Assembly: GCA_964016885.1 (NCBI GenBank)
Contig: OZ024740.1
Span: 323,082,001-323,146,000, forward strand
DNA length: 64,000 nt
Source: Eledone cirrhosa
Lineage: Eukaryota
Reading direction: 5' to 3'
Within the stretch, counting starts at the first letter, position 1; every line of letters begins with the position of its first letter. This document shows, piece after piece, positions 12,502-26,170 of this stretch. The translations under genes and the position numbers were made by a program. Below the pieces are notes generated by a model. It did not search any database. It was not told the origin of the DNA and worked only from the letters and a program-made list of their open reading frames with translations.

Positions 12502-13619
12502 CATACGCCCCCCCCCCCCCTACTCTTCTTGACGTCACATAGAGGAAAGACAAAGGAAACTGTAATGAATACGTAAATGAAATGGAAGAAATGTCATCAG
12601 ACATAGAACAAAGGGGAGAAGAAATTTTCAAAAATAATACGAAATAATTATAATTTTTAATGTAAATATGACAAAGTCCTAATGACTCGTTAGATATATA
12701 TGTAAACATATACTCACGCACACATACACATATATATATCTTTCTACGTCAATACTCATCTTTTTCCATTTATCTGAGGGTTCTAAACCCCGTTATCAAG
12801 CTAAAATTCCTTTAGTTAAAAATACGGTGAAAGCTATATATTTTCTAATTTCAAACTCGCTCACTGTTTCAAAACATATTTACTTGACATATATATATGT
12901 ATATATATAATGACTAATAATATTAATGAGCCTATATATATAGTTCACATACTGACGAAAGATATTTAACTCATCTCCTTGTTACACGATGGCATTAAAT
13001 GCTATGCTTCCAGAGCTATAATACATTACATACATAACACTATTATTCATAAACGCCAACAATAACTTAAAAGAACTGAAATATTACATGGTATTATCCT
13101 CTTTGTAGATGAAATATTTGTTCTAATGTTGTCGGTATCTTCTTAAATTTTATAAATATATATTTTCTCGTAGAAATGAAATGATAATTACTACTTGCTC
13201 TTATGCAGATTTAGTTGGATTCTTAGAAATTTTATTTCATAGGATGTTTCTCAAGTGTTTTAATGATGGGTCCCTATCCTAAAATGCCACGTGAAATGAA
13301 GACAATGCACTGTCCGGTCATTGAATTTAACCCAGGACCTTGTGATCATGAATTCAGTATCCTAACAACAAGGCTACGCATTTCCCCATAGAGATATATG
13401 TTATAAGACATTTGATAGAAATAGCGATGAGGTGAGCTACAGTTGCATCAACATTTTCGTGTCTTCTTTATATACTATAAAGAGAAGAAACATTTCAATA
13501 GGAACATATTGAAGAATAAATGACAACAATGGACCCGGGAGTATCTATAATTAACACATTCTCTGATCAGTCACACATTAACATACTCTCTTATCATTAT
13601 TAAGAGTGTTAAAATATTA

Positions 13620-14370
13620 CGGTGGAATGGACCTCCATCGGTTTCGACGATGAGTGTTTCAGTTGTTCTATCAATGAAACGGCCTGCTCATGAAATTAAT
13701 ATGTAAGTGGCTGAGTATTCTACAAACACAAGTATCCTTAACATATTTCTCAGGGAGATTCAGTGTGACAGTGTGTGACAAGACTGGGCCCTTTGAATTA
13801 CAGAGACAACCCATCCGACGGGCTTCACAACAATTTCCCTCTGCTTAATGTTACTCACAAGACATGGGTCAACCCTAGGCTATAGTATACTTGAGACCTA
13901 ATGTTTGCGAAGCAAATTTCTTAATCATTCGGCCATCTACCACCACTAATATTACTGTGAAGTCGGGAATGAAATTTCATATACGAAATTTAATTTTTCT
14001 CCCAGAGAGGATTGTTTTCAACTTACGACACTTCAACTTTATTTACAACACAGAGTCTTTTTTGCGTGTAGCACAGTGGTTAGTGTGCTACGTAATGTAC
14101 TAAGTTCGATTTCCTGTGGCACGTTGCCTTCTTCCGCAAAACACGTATTTCACAAATCCCAGGGTCACTCAGTTGGTAAAATTGGAGTTATGCCTTTAAT
14201 TCAAAAGACTTGCCTTGTAACACATTTGGTCATGCTAAATTTCTATGTGAAATACATTAACGCTACACGTGTGTGTGAAATGCTCAGCCACTTTAATTTC
14301 ACGAGTAGGCTATTCCGTTGTTCGAAAACCTGGAATATTTGACATCGGACCAACGGATGTCCAAGAAGAA
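13620..14370. mobile_element. Degenerate copies of second and third SINE families (13620-13800 minus, 13810-13940 minus, 14060-14370 plus)
   Basis: Shared motifs ctcagggagattcag, gtggctgagta and ttaatttcacgag.aggct also occur at 33445-33660 and 61790-62080; tRNA-like head gtagcacagtggttag..gttcgattt. Confidence 0.6.
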
Positions 14371-14715
14371 CAACTCCGTGTTTTATTTTATGTCATTCAC
14401 AAAGGTGTATGAGAAATATTTTCGAACAACTGAACCTACTAATGATATGAATTCACGAGTTTATAATTTATCTCACGGATATATACTTATGTCCAGAGTA
14501 AAAAATGTATAAGTATTTCGTTTTTACACCTTGGATGATTTTCAGTTTATTCAGTTGACATCTATTTTTTATATTTATCTAGCCCTCTTCAAAGACTAGA
14601 CATGGAAATATTCTTTCGGTGTATCTAACAAATATTTATACACAAACATACATACATTGATTCATATATGTGCAATACTGATACGAATATAGAAGCATTC
14701 ATACATCAAAAATAC

Positions 14716-15160
<445 letters not shown>

Positions 15161-15299
15161 TATATATTAAGTGGTTCAATAGTTTACTGAGAGAGAGAGA
15201 GAGATGGGGAGAGGGGGGGGGGGTAGAGAGAGAGAGAGAGAGCGCGTGGGAGTTAGACAGTTAGAGAGTTAGATAGATAAATAGATAGATAGATAGATA

Positions 15300-15394
15300 T
15301 GTTTCTTTATTAGCTACAGGGGCACAAAAGAAGGGGACAAATACAAAGGGGGAAATTTACATACAATAAAAACGTGTAAAATACTATCACAAAT
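15300..15394 (-). mobile_element. 3' UTR stub of a Tx1-like LINE inside (GATA)n
   Basis: Reverse complement ends ctaataaagaaaca|tatctatc like 53144-53165; nearly identical to 54621-54715. Confidence 0.75.
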
Positions 15395-15434
<40 letters not shown>

Positions 15435-16566
15435 ATGTTACTGTGTCTGTGTGTGTATGAACAAACAAACATAATTTATTTCTAAAATCAATTCTGCAGA
15501 ATCATTCCTTAAGACAACAATGATTCCATTTCGTTACGAGCTGCTAGTAAATCATTTTCTCTCAGAAATGGAATTAAACATTTTAATTATCGTTGCTATA
15601 GCAACATGTCATTGTCATATGGAATATTCCCGAAGCTTATTAAATGTATTTTTTATTTTTTTTAATTCTGTTTTAACAAATTGACTTTCAGGAAAACTTC
15701 ACCAGCCGTATGATGAAATAATCAGGAAAATATTTTATTTAGGTGAAACTATTAATAATAGCTGCCAGTCATTTGAGATCTTATCTACCACAATATATTA
15801 CAGGTACTAAAATGAGCATAATGAGGACAAAAACACATGCTCTAAAGTTTCGAATAATCATCCTCCCGCTTATTAATTTTTCAGATTCCCCCCCCCCCTC
15901 CTCTTATTTCACCCAGCGAAACTTTATTTTAAGTGGTAACATTCCTGTGATAATGTATTTCCTTTAGACATTAAAAAGCATTGTACGTGACAAAAAAGAA
16001 CATTACAAGAAATTCTATACATAATAAAATAAATAAGATGAATTGGGGTTACAATATGCAAACTAAACGATTAATTCTGGTTTTTAAAAAACTCAACGGA
16101 GACAACTTACAAAAATTACCCATTCGCCCCACTTACCTCCCCTATTATTTAAGACTCGAGAGTATAACACTCAGGCACATGGAAAACAATGCTTGGTTTC
16201 GGTACATACGTTAAACGAACATCGTAATTCTCGCTCTATAAAATTGCAAGTAATTTGTAAATATAATATACAAAGATTGTTGGGGGCGTAAGTCATTTAA
16301 CTAACGAGGTTTCTTAGTAGGGAAATGTATGGAGCACTATAGAAGATTATAATTATAATCAATATTTTCGTTTAACTGTTGAAGTCAGGGATAGAATCGC
16401 AATGTATTATCAGAGCCTTCCTGACTGGTAAGCGGGAGAGAAGAATATATCCTTAAGGTGTATACTTGATCCAAAGGCTTACAACGGATGGGATACCGCT
16501 AAAGGTACCGCTAAGGGCCAGATAGGATGAGCAAACCAAACAGTAGATTAACTCTATCACTGATTA

Positions 16567-16811
16567 TTAACCCTTTCGATACTAAACCACCTAAAACCTC
16601 TATGGTTCTACAATACAAAACTAAATTTCTTAAAGTGTTTATAATCATCTGAACACTTTCCATCCTTTATTAAGTTATGTTCCCAATACCAACACAATGA
16701 AGACGCTATGTTACTAAATCCCTCCAAATTCTAGATGTTTTTTTTAAATATTTCTTTAAAATCATAGATTATTGACAATATTTCATTAGAAATTTGCTGA
16801 TGAAAGAGTTA
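16567..16811. mobile_element. Degenerate MITE with piggyBac-like ends
   Basis: TTAAccctttcg at the left end and tgaaagagtta at the right end. Confidence 0.35.
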
Positions 16812-17193
16812 CACCTGACATCCTTCCACATAAACGCCATCAAATATTTAGTCAAATCAGGAAAACAATTTGAAATTGTAAATATATATGTAGTGATGGA
16901 GGAAGATGGAAAGAAAGAGAAAAATTGAAATGATTAGGAGTTGATTATAATTATATATCATTAGCATTTTCAATTTTAAGTTAATTGATTATAATATATC
17001 TCCTGAACTTTTAACATCTGTTAAACAATTTAGATAAACAACTCATCTCAGCAAAATATTTATAATATACTCGGTCTATTTATAATCACACTTGTTTCTT
17101 ACACTCACTACCCCCTGTCTATATATCCCTCTCCCTCTTTCTCTTTATATATATATGTGTATATATATATATAAAAATGTAAGTATGCACACG

Positions 17194-17235
<42 letters not shown>

Positions 17236-17267
17236 TACATATATATACACATATATACATATTCATA

Positions 17268-17530
17268 TATACGTATGGGTTATATCGAACATTAATAACA
17301 ATGTTCGATTCTTTTGTAAACAAACGGCCCGATTTGCTGTTTGTTCAACACTGGCTTTGAGGAACAATCAACATGTTTCTGGGTCATTACTCTTCATCAT
17401 GACTGTATACCTCTGCCAGTCTGATGAACCGTTGAAAATATAGAGTATTTTCTTAAGTACACATCAGCTGAGTAGCCTCATTTGCATACCGAGCGAGTTA
17501 CGGCTGGTCTTGCCGAATATTAAAAATAAA
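17268..17530 (-). mobile_element. Diverged relative of family A with a degenerate hammerhead (17364-17406)
   Basis: Collinear with 2190-2475; reverse complement reads acagtc aTGATGA agagtaatgaccca GAAA catg TT gattgt. Confidence 0.7.
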
Positions 17531-17543
17531 ATTATATATATAT

Positions 17544-18245
17544 ATATGAATGAAAATAGACCGAGAAACGGGACTGTCCTTCATCAGTGATCTGCTGACT
17601 ATCATTGGTATTTCTTCGCATTAAAGATGAGATACCTCAAAATCAGTGCAAGCAATAACTAAAATAAGTTATTGGGACAGAGCGAATTGGATGGGGAAAG
17701 AGGGACAGTGTGGTTTGTCTTTTTTCTATCACCTTACTGCTATCCTCTTTCTCTCTCCCCCTTCTCTCTCCTTGTACCTCTTGCTTTCATTCACCCCTCT
17801 GCTGGTCACACACTCTCTCGGCTGGCCTCTTCCTCACACTTTCACTCACTCACTCTCTGCAACTCCCCCTCTCTCACTTACTCCCGTCTGACCTGTGTGA
17901 AATCCTGTTCTCTCTTACTTTTCGCGTGGTTCGGACGTGTCTGCCTCTTCTCGTCGATTGATTTGTTCGGACTTAAGTCCACAAGTATCATTGACTTGTC
18001 TCTCTTTTCCTCTCTTTACGTTGCATTACTACCATGTTCTTTGTTTACTGTCCCTCTTTCTCCATCCAATTCGCTCTGTCCCAATAACTTATTTTAGTTA
18101 TTGCTCACACTGATTTTGAGGTATCTGGTCTTTAATGCGAAGAAATACCAATGATAGTCAGCAGATCTCTGATGATGGACAGTCCCGTTTCTCGGTCTAT
18201 TTTCATTCATATGTATCACACTCGCAATAACGCAGCACGGCCTTT
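17544..18245 (+). repeat. Foldback element with ~165-bp inverted arms (17544-17709 / 18047-18212); probably another pLTR family
   Basis: Arms are reverse-complementary with few mismatches; the right arm extends further before (TA)n, the same layout as other Penelope-like units. Confidence 0.75.
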
Positions 18246-18254
18246 TTTCATTTA

Positions 18255-18741
18255 TACATATATATACAAACATAAACTCAATATTAAGATAGTAGAAAGA
18301 CCAGGTACCTCCATAAAAACACTTATTAGCAAGACATACCCTTTTCAAAGACCCTCATGTATAGATAAGAAATGTATAACCTGTAAAATAAGCCCCCATA
18401 TTAACTGCAAAACTAGAAATGTAGTGTATAGCATAAGATGTACTGAAGGACAATGTAGAGACAAAAATATAGTGTATATAGGTGAGACAGCTCGTAGTGT
18501 AGGAGAACGGATAAATTAACACTGGCGAGACCTTCAAGATAGTAAAGAATCATCTGTACTCTACCAACATGCTAAAATAGAACACAAGGGTAAATTAGAG
18601 AACATAGAAATAAAAATAGAATCTACACACAGAAAAGACGCAATGTTTAGACAAATTACAGAGGCAATAAACATAAAAGAATTACAACCAAAATTAAATA
18701 GAAAATATGAGTGGAACAGCAACATCACAACTTACAATTAA
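18255..18741 (+). pseudogene. Penelope-like element GIY-YIG endonuclease domain (3' fragment, one in-frame stop)
   Basis: IKIVERPGTSIKTL..CIDKKCITC..CKTRNVVYSIRC..YIGETARSVGERIN*H..SVLYQHAKIEH..RQITEAINI..LNRKYEW: Cys linker, VVY-YIG, R, H..H, E and LN motifs. Confidence 0.92.
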
Positions 18742-18942
18742 GGACAAAATGAAAACACACACACACATAGAACAAACAACCAACCAGTAACATGTAAAGA
18801 AACAAATAAATAAATGAACATAAACAAACACAGACACCCGGATGTGGCGCATGCGCAGACTGAGCACACAACACACACACAGAAACAAAACGGCGTAGGA
18901 CAGAACAAAGGAGATGCACAGAAACAAAGAAAGGAATCCCCA

Positions 18943-18985
18943 GTCACTGAAGAGGTCACAGAGTGTGTGACGAAAGAACTATGAC
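18943..18985 (+). ncRNA. Type I hammerhead in the Penelope 3' pLTR (family B)
   Basis: gtca CTGAAGA ggtcacagagtgtgtgac GAAA gaac TA tgac. Confidence 0.8.
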
Positions 18986-19196
18986 AATATATAAACAACT
19001 ATCTGGTTGTGGAACCAACCAACCAACCATAAATTTATAAATTTATAAATTTATTATAAATTTATTATAATAAATTGAAGTGAAAGCAACTGGTGCGTGT
19101 ATTTCTTATTGGCAACATGACCCTCCCTAAGTATAACAATATCGGTTTCAACACACGATTTCAGATAAAGAATCTTGCTAAACAAATTCAGAAACG

Positions 19197-19244
<48 letters not shown>

Positions 19245-19397
19245 ATAAATGCTCTGAAATACCGATATATATGTGAATATAGACATAGAATATTCGAAAA
19301 TATTCTGTATGTTTATAATAAACATTTTGAAGACCTAATCGCTATAGAATAGAATACGTCACGTATTACAATTAGATTCTCGATAAAAGCAAGGGAA

Positions 19398-19440
19398 GTA
19401 ATCTACGCGTTTCATTCTTATTAGAAATCTTCAGGACTAC
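19398..19440 (-). ncRNA. Minimal type I hammerhead; identical copies at 19708, 20018, 20328, 20638, 20948
   Basis: Reverse complement reads gtagtc CTGAAGA tttct-aata-agaat GAAA cgcg TA gattac. Confidence 0.9.
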
Positions 19441-21059
19441 ATATCCAGTGCTTTTATCGAGAATGACACAGCTAGAGACTTATAGAATACTTAGCTGTGT
19501 ACAGGAACTGGTTTGAAAGAGCGGTTGCCGGTCCGGCAGAAATTAGAAATTGGAATAAATGCTCTGAAATACCGATATATATGTGAATATAGACATAGAA
19601 TATTCGAAAATATTCTGTATGTTTATAATAAACATTTTGAAGACCTAATCGCTATAGAATAGAATACGTCACGTATTACAATTAGATTCTCGATAAAAGC
19701 AAGGGAAGTAATCTACGCGTTTCATTCTTATTAGAAATCTTCAGGACTACATATCCAGTGCTTTTATCGAGAATGACACAGCTAGAGACTTATAGAATAC
19801 TTAGCTGTGTACAGGAACTGGTTTGAAAGAGCGGTTGCCGGTCCGGCAGAAATTAGAAATTGGAATAAATGCTCTGAAATACCGATATATATGTGAATAT
19901 AGACATAGAATATTCGAAAATATTCTGTATGTTTATAATAAACATTTTGAAGACCTAATCGCTATAGAATAGAATACGTCACGTATTACAATTAGATTCT
20001 CGATAAAAGCAAGGGAAGTAATCTACGCGTTTCATTCTTATTAGAAATCTTCAGGACTACATATCCAGTGCTTTTATCGAGAATGACACAGCTAGAGACT
20101 TATAGAATACTTAGCTGTGTACAGGAACTGGTTTGAAAGAGCGGTTGCCGGTCCGGCAGAAATTAGAAATTGGAATAAATGCTCTGAAATACCGATATAT
20201 ATGTGAATATAGACATAGAATATTCGAAAATATTCTGTATGTTTATAATAAACATTTTGAAGACCTAATCGCTATAGAATAGAATACGTCACGTATTACA
20301 ATTAGATTCTCGATAAAAGCAAGGGAAGTAATCTACGCGTTTCATTCTTATTAGAAATCTTCAGGACTACATATCCAGTGCTTTTATCGAGAATGACACA
20401 GCTAGAGACTTATAGAATACTTAGCTGTGTACAGGAACTGGTTTGAAAGAGCGGTTGCCGGTCCGGCAGAAATTAGAAATTGGAATAAATGCTCTGAAAT
20501 ACCGATATATATGTGAATATAGACATAGAATATTCGAAAATATTCTGTATGTTTATAATAAACATTTTGAAGACCTAATCGCTATAGAATAGAATACGTC
20601 ACGTATTACAATTAGATTCTCGATAAAAGCAAGGGAAGTAATCTACGCGTTTCATTCTTATTAGAAATCTTCAGGACTACATATCCAGTGCTTTTATCGA
20701 GAATGACACAGCTAGAGACTTATAGAATACTTAGCTGTGTACAGGAACTGGTTTGAAAGAGCGGTTGCCGGTCCGGCAGAAATTAAAAATTGGAATAAAT
20801 GCTCTGAAATACCGATATATATGTGAATATAGACATAGAATATTCGAAAATATTCTGTATGTTTATAATAAACATTTTGAAGACCTAATCGCTATAGAAT
20901 AGAATACGTCACGTATTACAATTAGATTCTCGATAAAAGCAAGGGAAGTAATCTACGCGTTTCATTCTTATTAGAAATCTTCAGGACTACATATCCTGTA
21001 CACAGCTAAGTATTCTATAAGTCTCTAGCTGTGTCATTCTCGATAAAAGCACTGGATAT

Positions 21060-21102
21060 GTAGTCCTGAAGATTTCTAATAAGAATGAAACGCGTAGATT
21101 AC
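21060..21102 (+). ncRNA. Minimal type I hammerhead; identical copy at 21370-21412
   Basis: gtagtc CTGAAGA tttctaataagaat GAAA cgcg TA gattac; flanked by the 16-bp inverted repeat attctcgataaaagca / tgcttttatcgagaat. Confidence 0.9.
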
Positions 21103-21541
21103 TTCCCTTGCTTTTATCGAGAATCTAATTGTAATACGTGACGTATTCTATTCTATAGCGATTAGGTCTTCAAAATGTTTATTATAAACATACAGAATAT
21201 TTTCGAATATTCTATGTCTATATTCACATATATATCGGTATTTCAGAGCATTTATTCCAATTTCTAATTTCTGCCGGACCGGCAACCGCTCTTTCAAACC
21301 AGTTCCTGTACACAGCTAAGTATTCTATAAGTCTCTAGCTGTGTCATTCTCGATAAAAGCACTGGATATGTAGTCCTGAAGATTTCTAATAAGAATGAAA
21401 CGCGTAGATTACTTCCCTTGCTTTTATCGAGAATCTAATTGTAATACGTGACGTATTCTATTCTATAGCGATTAGGTCTTCAAAATGTTTATTATAAACA
21501 TACAGAATATTTTCGAATATTCTATGTCTATATTCACATAT

Positions 21542-21575
<34 letters not shown>

Positions 21576-22059
21576 ACATATACATATATAACGAGATGTT
21601 ATCACAACGGCATTATTCCATTTTCCGGTATACTGCACTCTGAGTTCAAATCCCGCCTCCTGCTACGAATTGCATCTGGCGTATAGTATCAGCTAGAAAA
21701 ACTGCTGCAAAATAAAAAATAAAAAATTATACTTCAGACGTGAATGTCTTTTACATTAAGTAATGCCTGTGCTTGAAGCCTTTTTAAGAGAAGAAAAACT
21801 TTGAACTGGATCAAAAGCATCCACCGAACAAAGGTGTCAGGTATCCATAAAGAAGAACAAGTCAACATCATAAGCTGCTATCGAGTTGAATATTTTACGT
21901 CAGAGTTTTCCTTCTCCTTGAACGATGTCCTATCAAGAACTAGAGGTCTCACACTCCTGGTGAGCTAACCATACTCTCGGGTTCTAAGCTGAGTACTCCT
22001 TTGTCCCCGCGCATCCATCCATCTATACATACATACATACATGCATACATACATAAGTA

Positions 22060-22360
22060 ACTGCCTCAGTACAAATCTTGAGAAGCATAGAATCCCATCC
22101 ATAGAACAGGCCGATGACATCATGAGATTTGAGAAGGAGCCCTTTAAGAACTACTCACTGCATGATGAACAAAAACTCACACGGAAATTGCACTGCAGTA
22201 CTGCAACGAATCCATGGATTGTTTCAACATGAGAGTAATATAGATAAGCAAAGTAGTCTATCTTGGAACAACAACTGGTAGAGTAGCTCTCACTTTGAAG
22301 GATATGCTTTTGCAATCCAAGAATAGGAAATAACGAAATACCTGATGCGCAGAGATATGG
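22060..22360 (+). pseudogene. R4/Dong-clade non-LTR retrotransposon remnant
   Basis: From 22210: IHGLFQHESNIDKQSSLSW..SSHFEGYAFAIQE*EITKYL, matching the HG..D..S..W..EG..AIQ(D/E)Q segment that precedes the CCHC/RLE domain in R4 elements. Confidence 0.65.
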
Positions 22361-22575
22361 ATATTGTTATAAAACCAGGTTGAATAAAAGTCTTACAGAA
22401 GTCTTAACTAGTAATACCACCGAAATTATATATATATATGAATATATATATATATTATATAGGTTCCATACATATTACTTGATTAAAGGTTTCACAAATA
22501 TATATGAAATTTGGTATATTTTTCATATTTTTTTCAGTTTCTATACATTTCTCCGTTACGCGCACACGCACTCAC

Positions 22576-22664
<89 letters not shown>

Positions 22665-22665
22665 G

Positions 22666-22705
<40 letters not shown>

Positions 22706-23220
22706 AGCATATTTATACATATATACATACATATGAATGTATGCATGAATATATATATGTGAACCTATCTGCTGGTATGCTTGTCTCTGCGCGTATGCAT
22801 GTGTATGAATGTGTGTGTGTGTGTCTGTCTGTGTTGGTGTCTGGGTTTAAATTCTGATTGAAAGGAATTTCAAAAACGGATATAATTAAATTTTACTTCA
22901 AAAGCCTTAACTTGTTCTAAAACTTTATTTCACCATTTTCCTGTAAAGACAACTTTAACGTAGGTGAACAATTCTGTGTCTATCCAAGCAGACCACATTC
23001 TGTTTCTTTTATTGCAAAATCATTATTTATATTCTTTTGTTCCATTTCTATGAATAACGTCGCCTCAGTGCGCTTATTACACGCTGGTCGCCATTTTAAT
23101 TCGACTTGTTTCTGGTTAACCAATGAAAAATATCAGAGTTTACATGTGCTTTTGTCTAGGATATATTAGAAAAACAACAATGATTTTACAACCTTTTATA
23201 CATACATACATCCATACATC

Positions 23221-23286
<66 letters not shown>

Positions 23287-23299
23287 TACACACACACAT

Positions 23300-23376
<77 letters not shown>

Positions 23377-23664
23377 CTTACAGCAAGGGTCATTCTCAGA
23401 ATGTTGTACCAACAACCCCGTGAAAAATCACGTGTCTCGTCTCGTAAATATGGCGTTTGATGTTTAACGTTCACTGGAGTTCGGATTTCAGGGGAGGGGG
23501 AGAAAAAAGGCTGCAAGGTTCAGCGGATGGTTTTGACTTTAATCTTTAATGGTTTGCCGCTGTAGTTAAATATAAACAGCAAAAGACTTGGCAGAGATGA
23601 TTGAAGCCAATACTGATATATCTCTATATATAAACATATATATATATATATATATATAAAAATA

Positions 23665-23790
<126 letters not shown>

Positions 23791-23806
23791 CATATATATA
23801 TATGTA

Positions 23807-23890
<84 letters not shown>

Positions 23891-24472
23891 GGTAGGTAGA
23901 TTATAGGCTATAAATTATTACAGAGACGAATAGGAAAATGTTTCAAATCAGAAACAGCTGTAACTGTTGCCGCCACCGCCGTTATATATGGAGTCCCTCT
24001 CCAATTGAGATGTCATGACAGAGAAATACTGGGTCTTGGAGAATTAAACTAATATTTACTATCGGAGCAACATATTTCACAAGAAAGGGTCAAGTAGGTG
24101 ATTGGAATGGCGTATTACATAGTAACTGTACCACTCTAACTCAACACCCTTTCTAACAAAAAAACAAACAAAAAACACCCACACCGACATCACCAGCACC
24201 ACCAACACCACTAGCACCATTACCAGCAGCTGCACCAGCACCACCACCACCACCACCAACACAACCAGCACCAGCGCCACCGCCACCAGCAGCCATTACC
24301 ATTTTTACAACTGACAGTTGTTGCTAGATGTTATTAACGTCCAGAACGGTAATGGTAGTAATACACAAATAGTAATGTTACCGGTGATGATTTTATATAT
24401 ATATATTATATATATATATATATACGTGTGTGTATTTACACACACAAACATATTTATATTTATGCATGTACG

Positions 24473-24520
<48 letters not shown>

Positions 24521-24621
24521 CTGTGAGAGTGTGTAAAAAAAATATCTATATCTATATATATATATATATAGATATAGATATTTTGATGTGAGAAAAACCA
24601 CAGACCCTCCATCTCAACTCA

Positions 24622-24659
24622 CCTTTTGAAAAGCAGAAGAACTGCGAAACCGGTAAAGG
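24622..24659 (+). ncRNA. Degenerate type I hammerhead
   Basis: cctt TTGAAAA gcag-aagaa-ctgc GAAA ccgg TA aagg: all stems intact, two core substitutions. Confidence 0.6.
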
Positions 24660-24816
24660 AACCAAATAAATATATATATTTAAAAAAAAAAATAAGACTC
24701 CAGTTGCATTTTCGATTTCATCTCTTTTTCTTTATACTTTCACTCGTGTAGGACACCTCGGTTATTTTTCATTTTGTAAAAAAAACCTCCGTTTCTAATA
24801 TATATATATATTTATA

Positions 24817-25722
24817 CTAGCAGTAAAGCCCGGCGTTGCTCGGGGTTGCTCAGTAGCTGTGTTAAAGTTACAATGTTAAGTTTCTTTCTTGGCTTAAAAA
24901 CTGTAGTGTCTACTGTGCAGACTTGCATGTGGTGTTTTTGATTAATATTCCCTCAACCAACAATATGCCTTATGAAGTTAAGAAAACATAACGATAACCC
25001 GAATGTTATAACAAAAGAGGATGCTGGGGATAGAAACTGCACTGGTTATTTATTAACAAAGATCGAAAATGTAAACATTGCAACGCAGAGAAAAACATTA
25101 GCGTAACCAAATTATCAGTTATGTCTGTCTGCACGCCTATATCACCTCTCTGCACGACTGTCTGTCTGCACGCCTATATCACCTCTCTGCACGACTGTTT
25201 GTCTGCACGCCTATATCACCTCTCTGCACGACTGTCTGTCTGCACGCCTATATCACCTCTCTGCACGACTGTCTGTCTGCACGACTGTCTGTCTGCACGC
25301 CTAACGACGAAATATTTGCTTGTTTTACGTAGTCTTTAAATAGACTTGTTTTCAAGTAAAAATATTGTTTTAAAATGCTTTTAAATGGAAATGAAGCAAA
25401 ACGGAAGCTTAGTGTTCGAACTGATGAATGTGTTAATGTCATTTTAAACGCTGAGAAAGCCAGCGTAATTTTTTACGTAAGACGCTCAATGTAAACAGAA
25501 CAAAGGGAAATAACTGATAACTTACGCTCAAAAATCGATACATTATATTCGATTTCGTCACATAGGGTGGGTCAATTTGAAATTTCTTTTTTCCGATGTC
25601 TTCGCTAGGGCTCAATGTACAAGTATAGCAATTTCGGTGCAATTCCGTGAGAGATTCTAAGAGGAGATGTGTGCCAAAAATCGATAGACAGACAGACAAC
25701 CACAGTTTTATATATATATAGA
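24817..25722 (-). mobile_element. Non-autonomous Helitron with both termini
   Basis: Reverse complement starts A|TCtatatatatataaaactgtggttgtctgtctgt and ends cccgagcaacgccggg-ctttactg-CTAG|T. Confidence 0.8.
25122..25301. repeat. 37-bp minisatellite inside the Helitron (~4.5 units)
   Basis: tgtctgtctgcacgcctatatcacctctctgcacgac at 25122, 25159, 25196, 25233. Confidence 0.9.
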
Positions 25723-25739
25723 TATATATAAATTGTAAA

Positions 25740-25859
25740 TCGTGAAGATGGCCGGAAACTTAACCCTGCGACTGCGATGGCCTAGCGTCCTGTCCAGGGG
25801 GAGTATTGTACTCTCAGTCACTTATCGCCACTGACCTGATGACCCTCCGGCCTCGTGAC

Positions 25860-25866
<7 letters not shown>
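25740..25866 (+). mobile_element. SINE fragment with V-domain-like motif
   Basis: aaccctgcga..tggcctagcgtcctgtccagggggagta resembles the V-SINE-type core as I recall it. Confidence 0.4.
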
Positions 25867-25928
<62 letters not shown>

Positions 25929-25936
<8 letters not shown>

Positions 25937-26170
25937 ATACTCTGGGAGGATCATGCTGCCAATAAAAACACACGCACCTGCTGGTTTTCACTTCAATTTA
26001 TTATAAATTTCCGCTTATCGAACTAACGAAGCAACCAACCAGCCAGCCGGAAATTTATAATAAATTGACAACATAAATTGGCAATATGACCCTCCCAGAG
26101 TATAAAAATATCTCTTTTAACACACGTTTTCAGATAAGAAATCTCGGAAAACAAATTCAAAAACGAATTA
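25929..26170 (+). mobile_element. Penelope pLTR fragment with inverted partial copy (family B)
   Basis: Matches 14829-15160 and 19000-19200. Confidence 0.75.

Larger units (their letters stand above)
19241..21545. repeat. 310-bp tandem array (5.7 units, then an inversion and 1.8 units) with one hammerhead per unit; retrozyme-like
   Basis: tggaataaatgctc at 19241, 19551, 19861, 20171, 20481, 20791; inversion at 20994-20996; inverted units start at 20994 and 21304; (TA)n on both sides; no ORF in the track. Confidence 0.97.

Noticed and set aside
19241-21545. 310-bp array as ordinary satellite, 5S/tRNA cluster or coding repeat
   Set aside because: No 5S, tRNA or snRNA motifs and no ORF; each unit has a full hammerhead, and the layout is shared with Penelope-like units.
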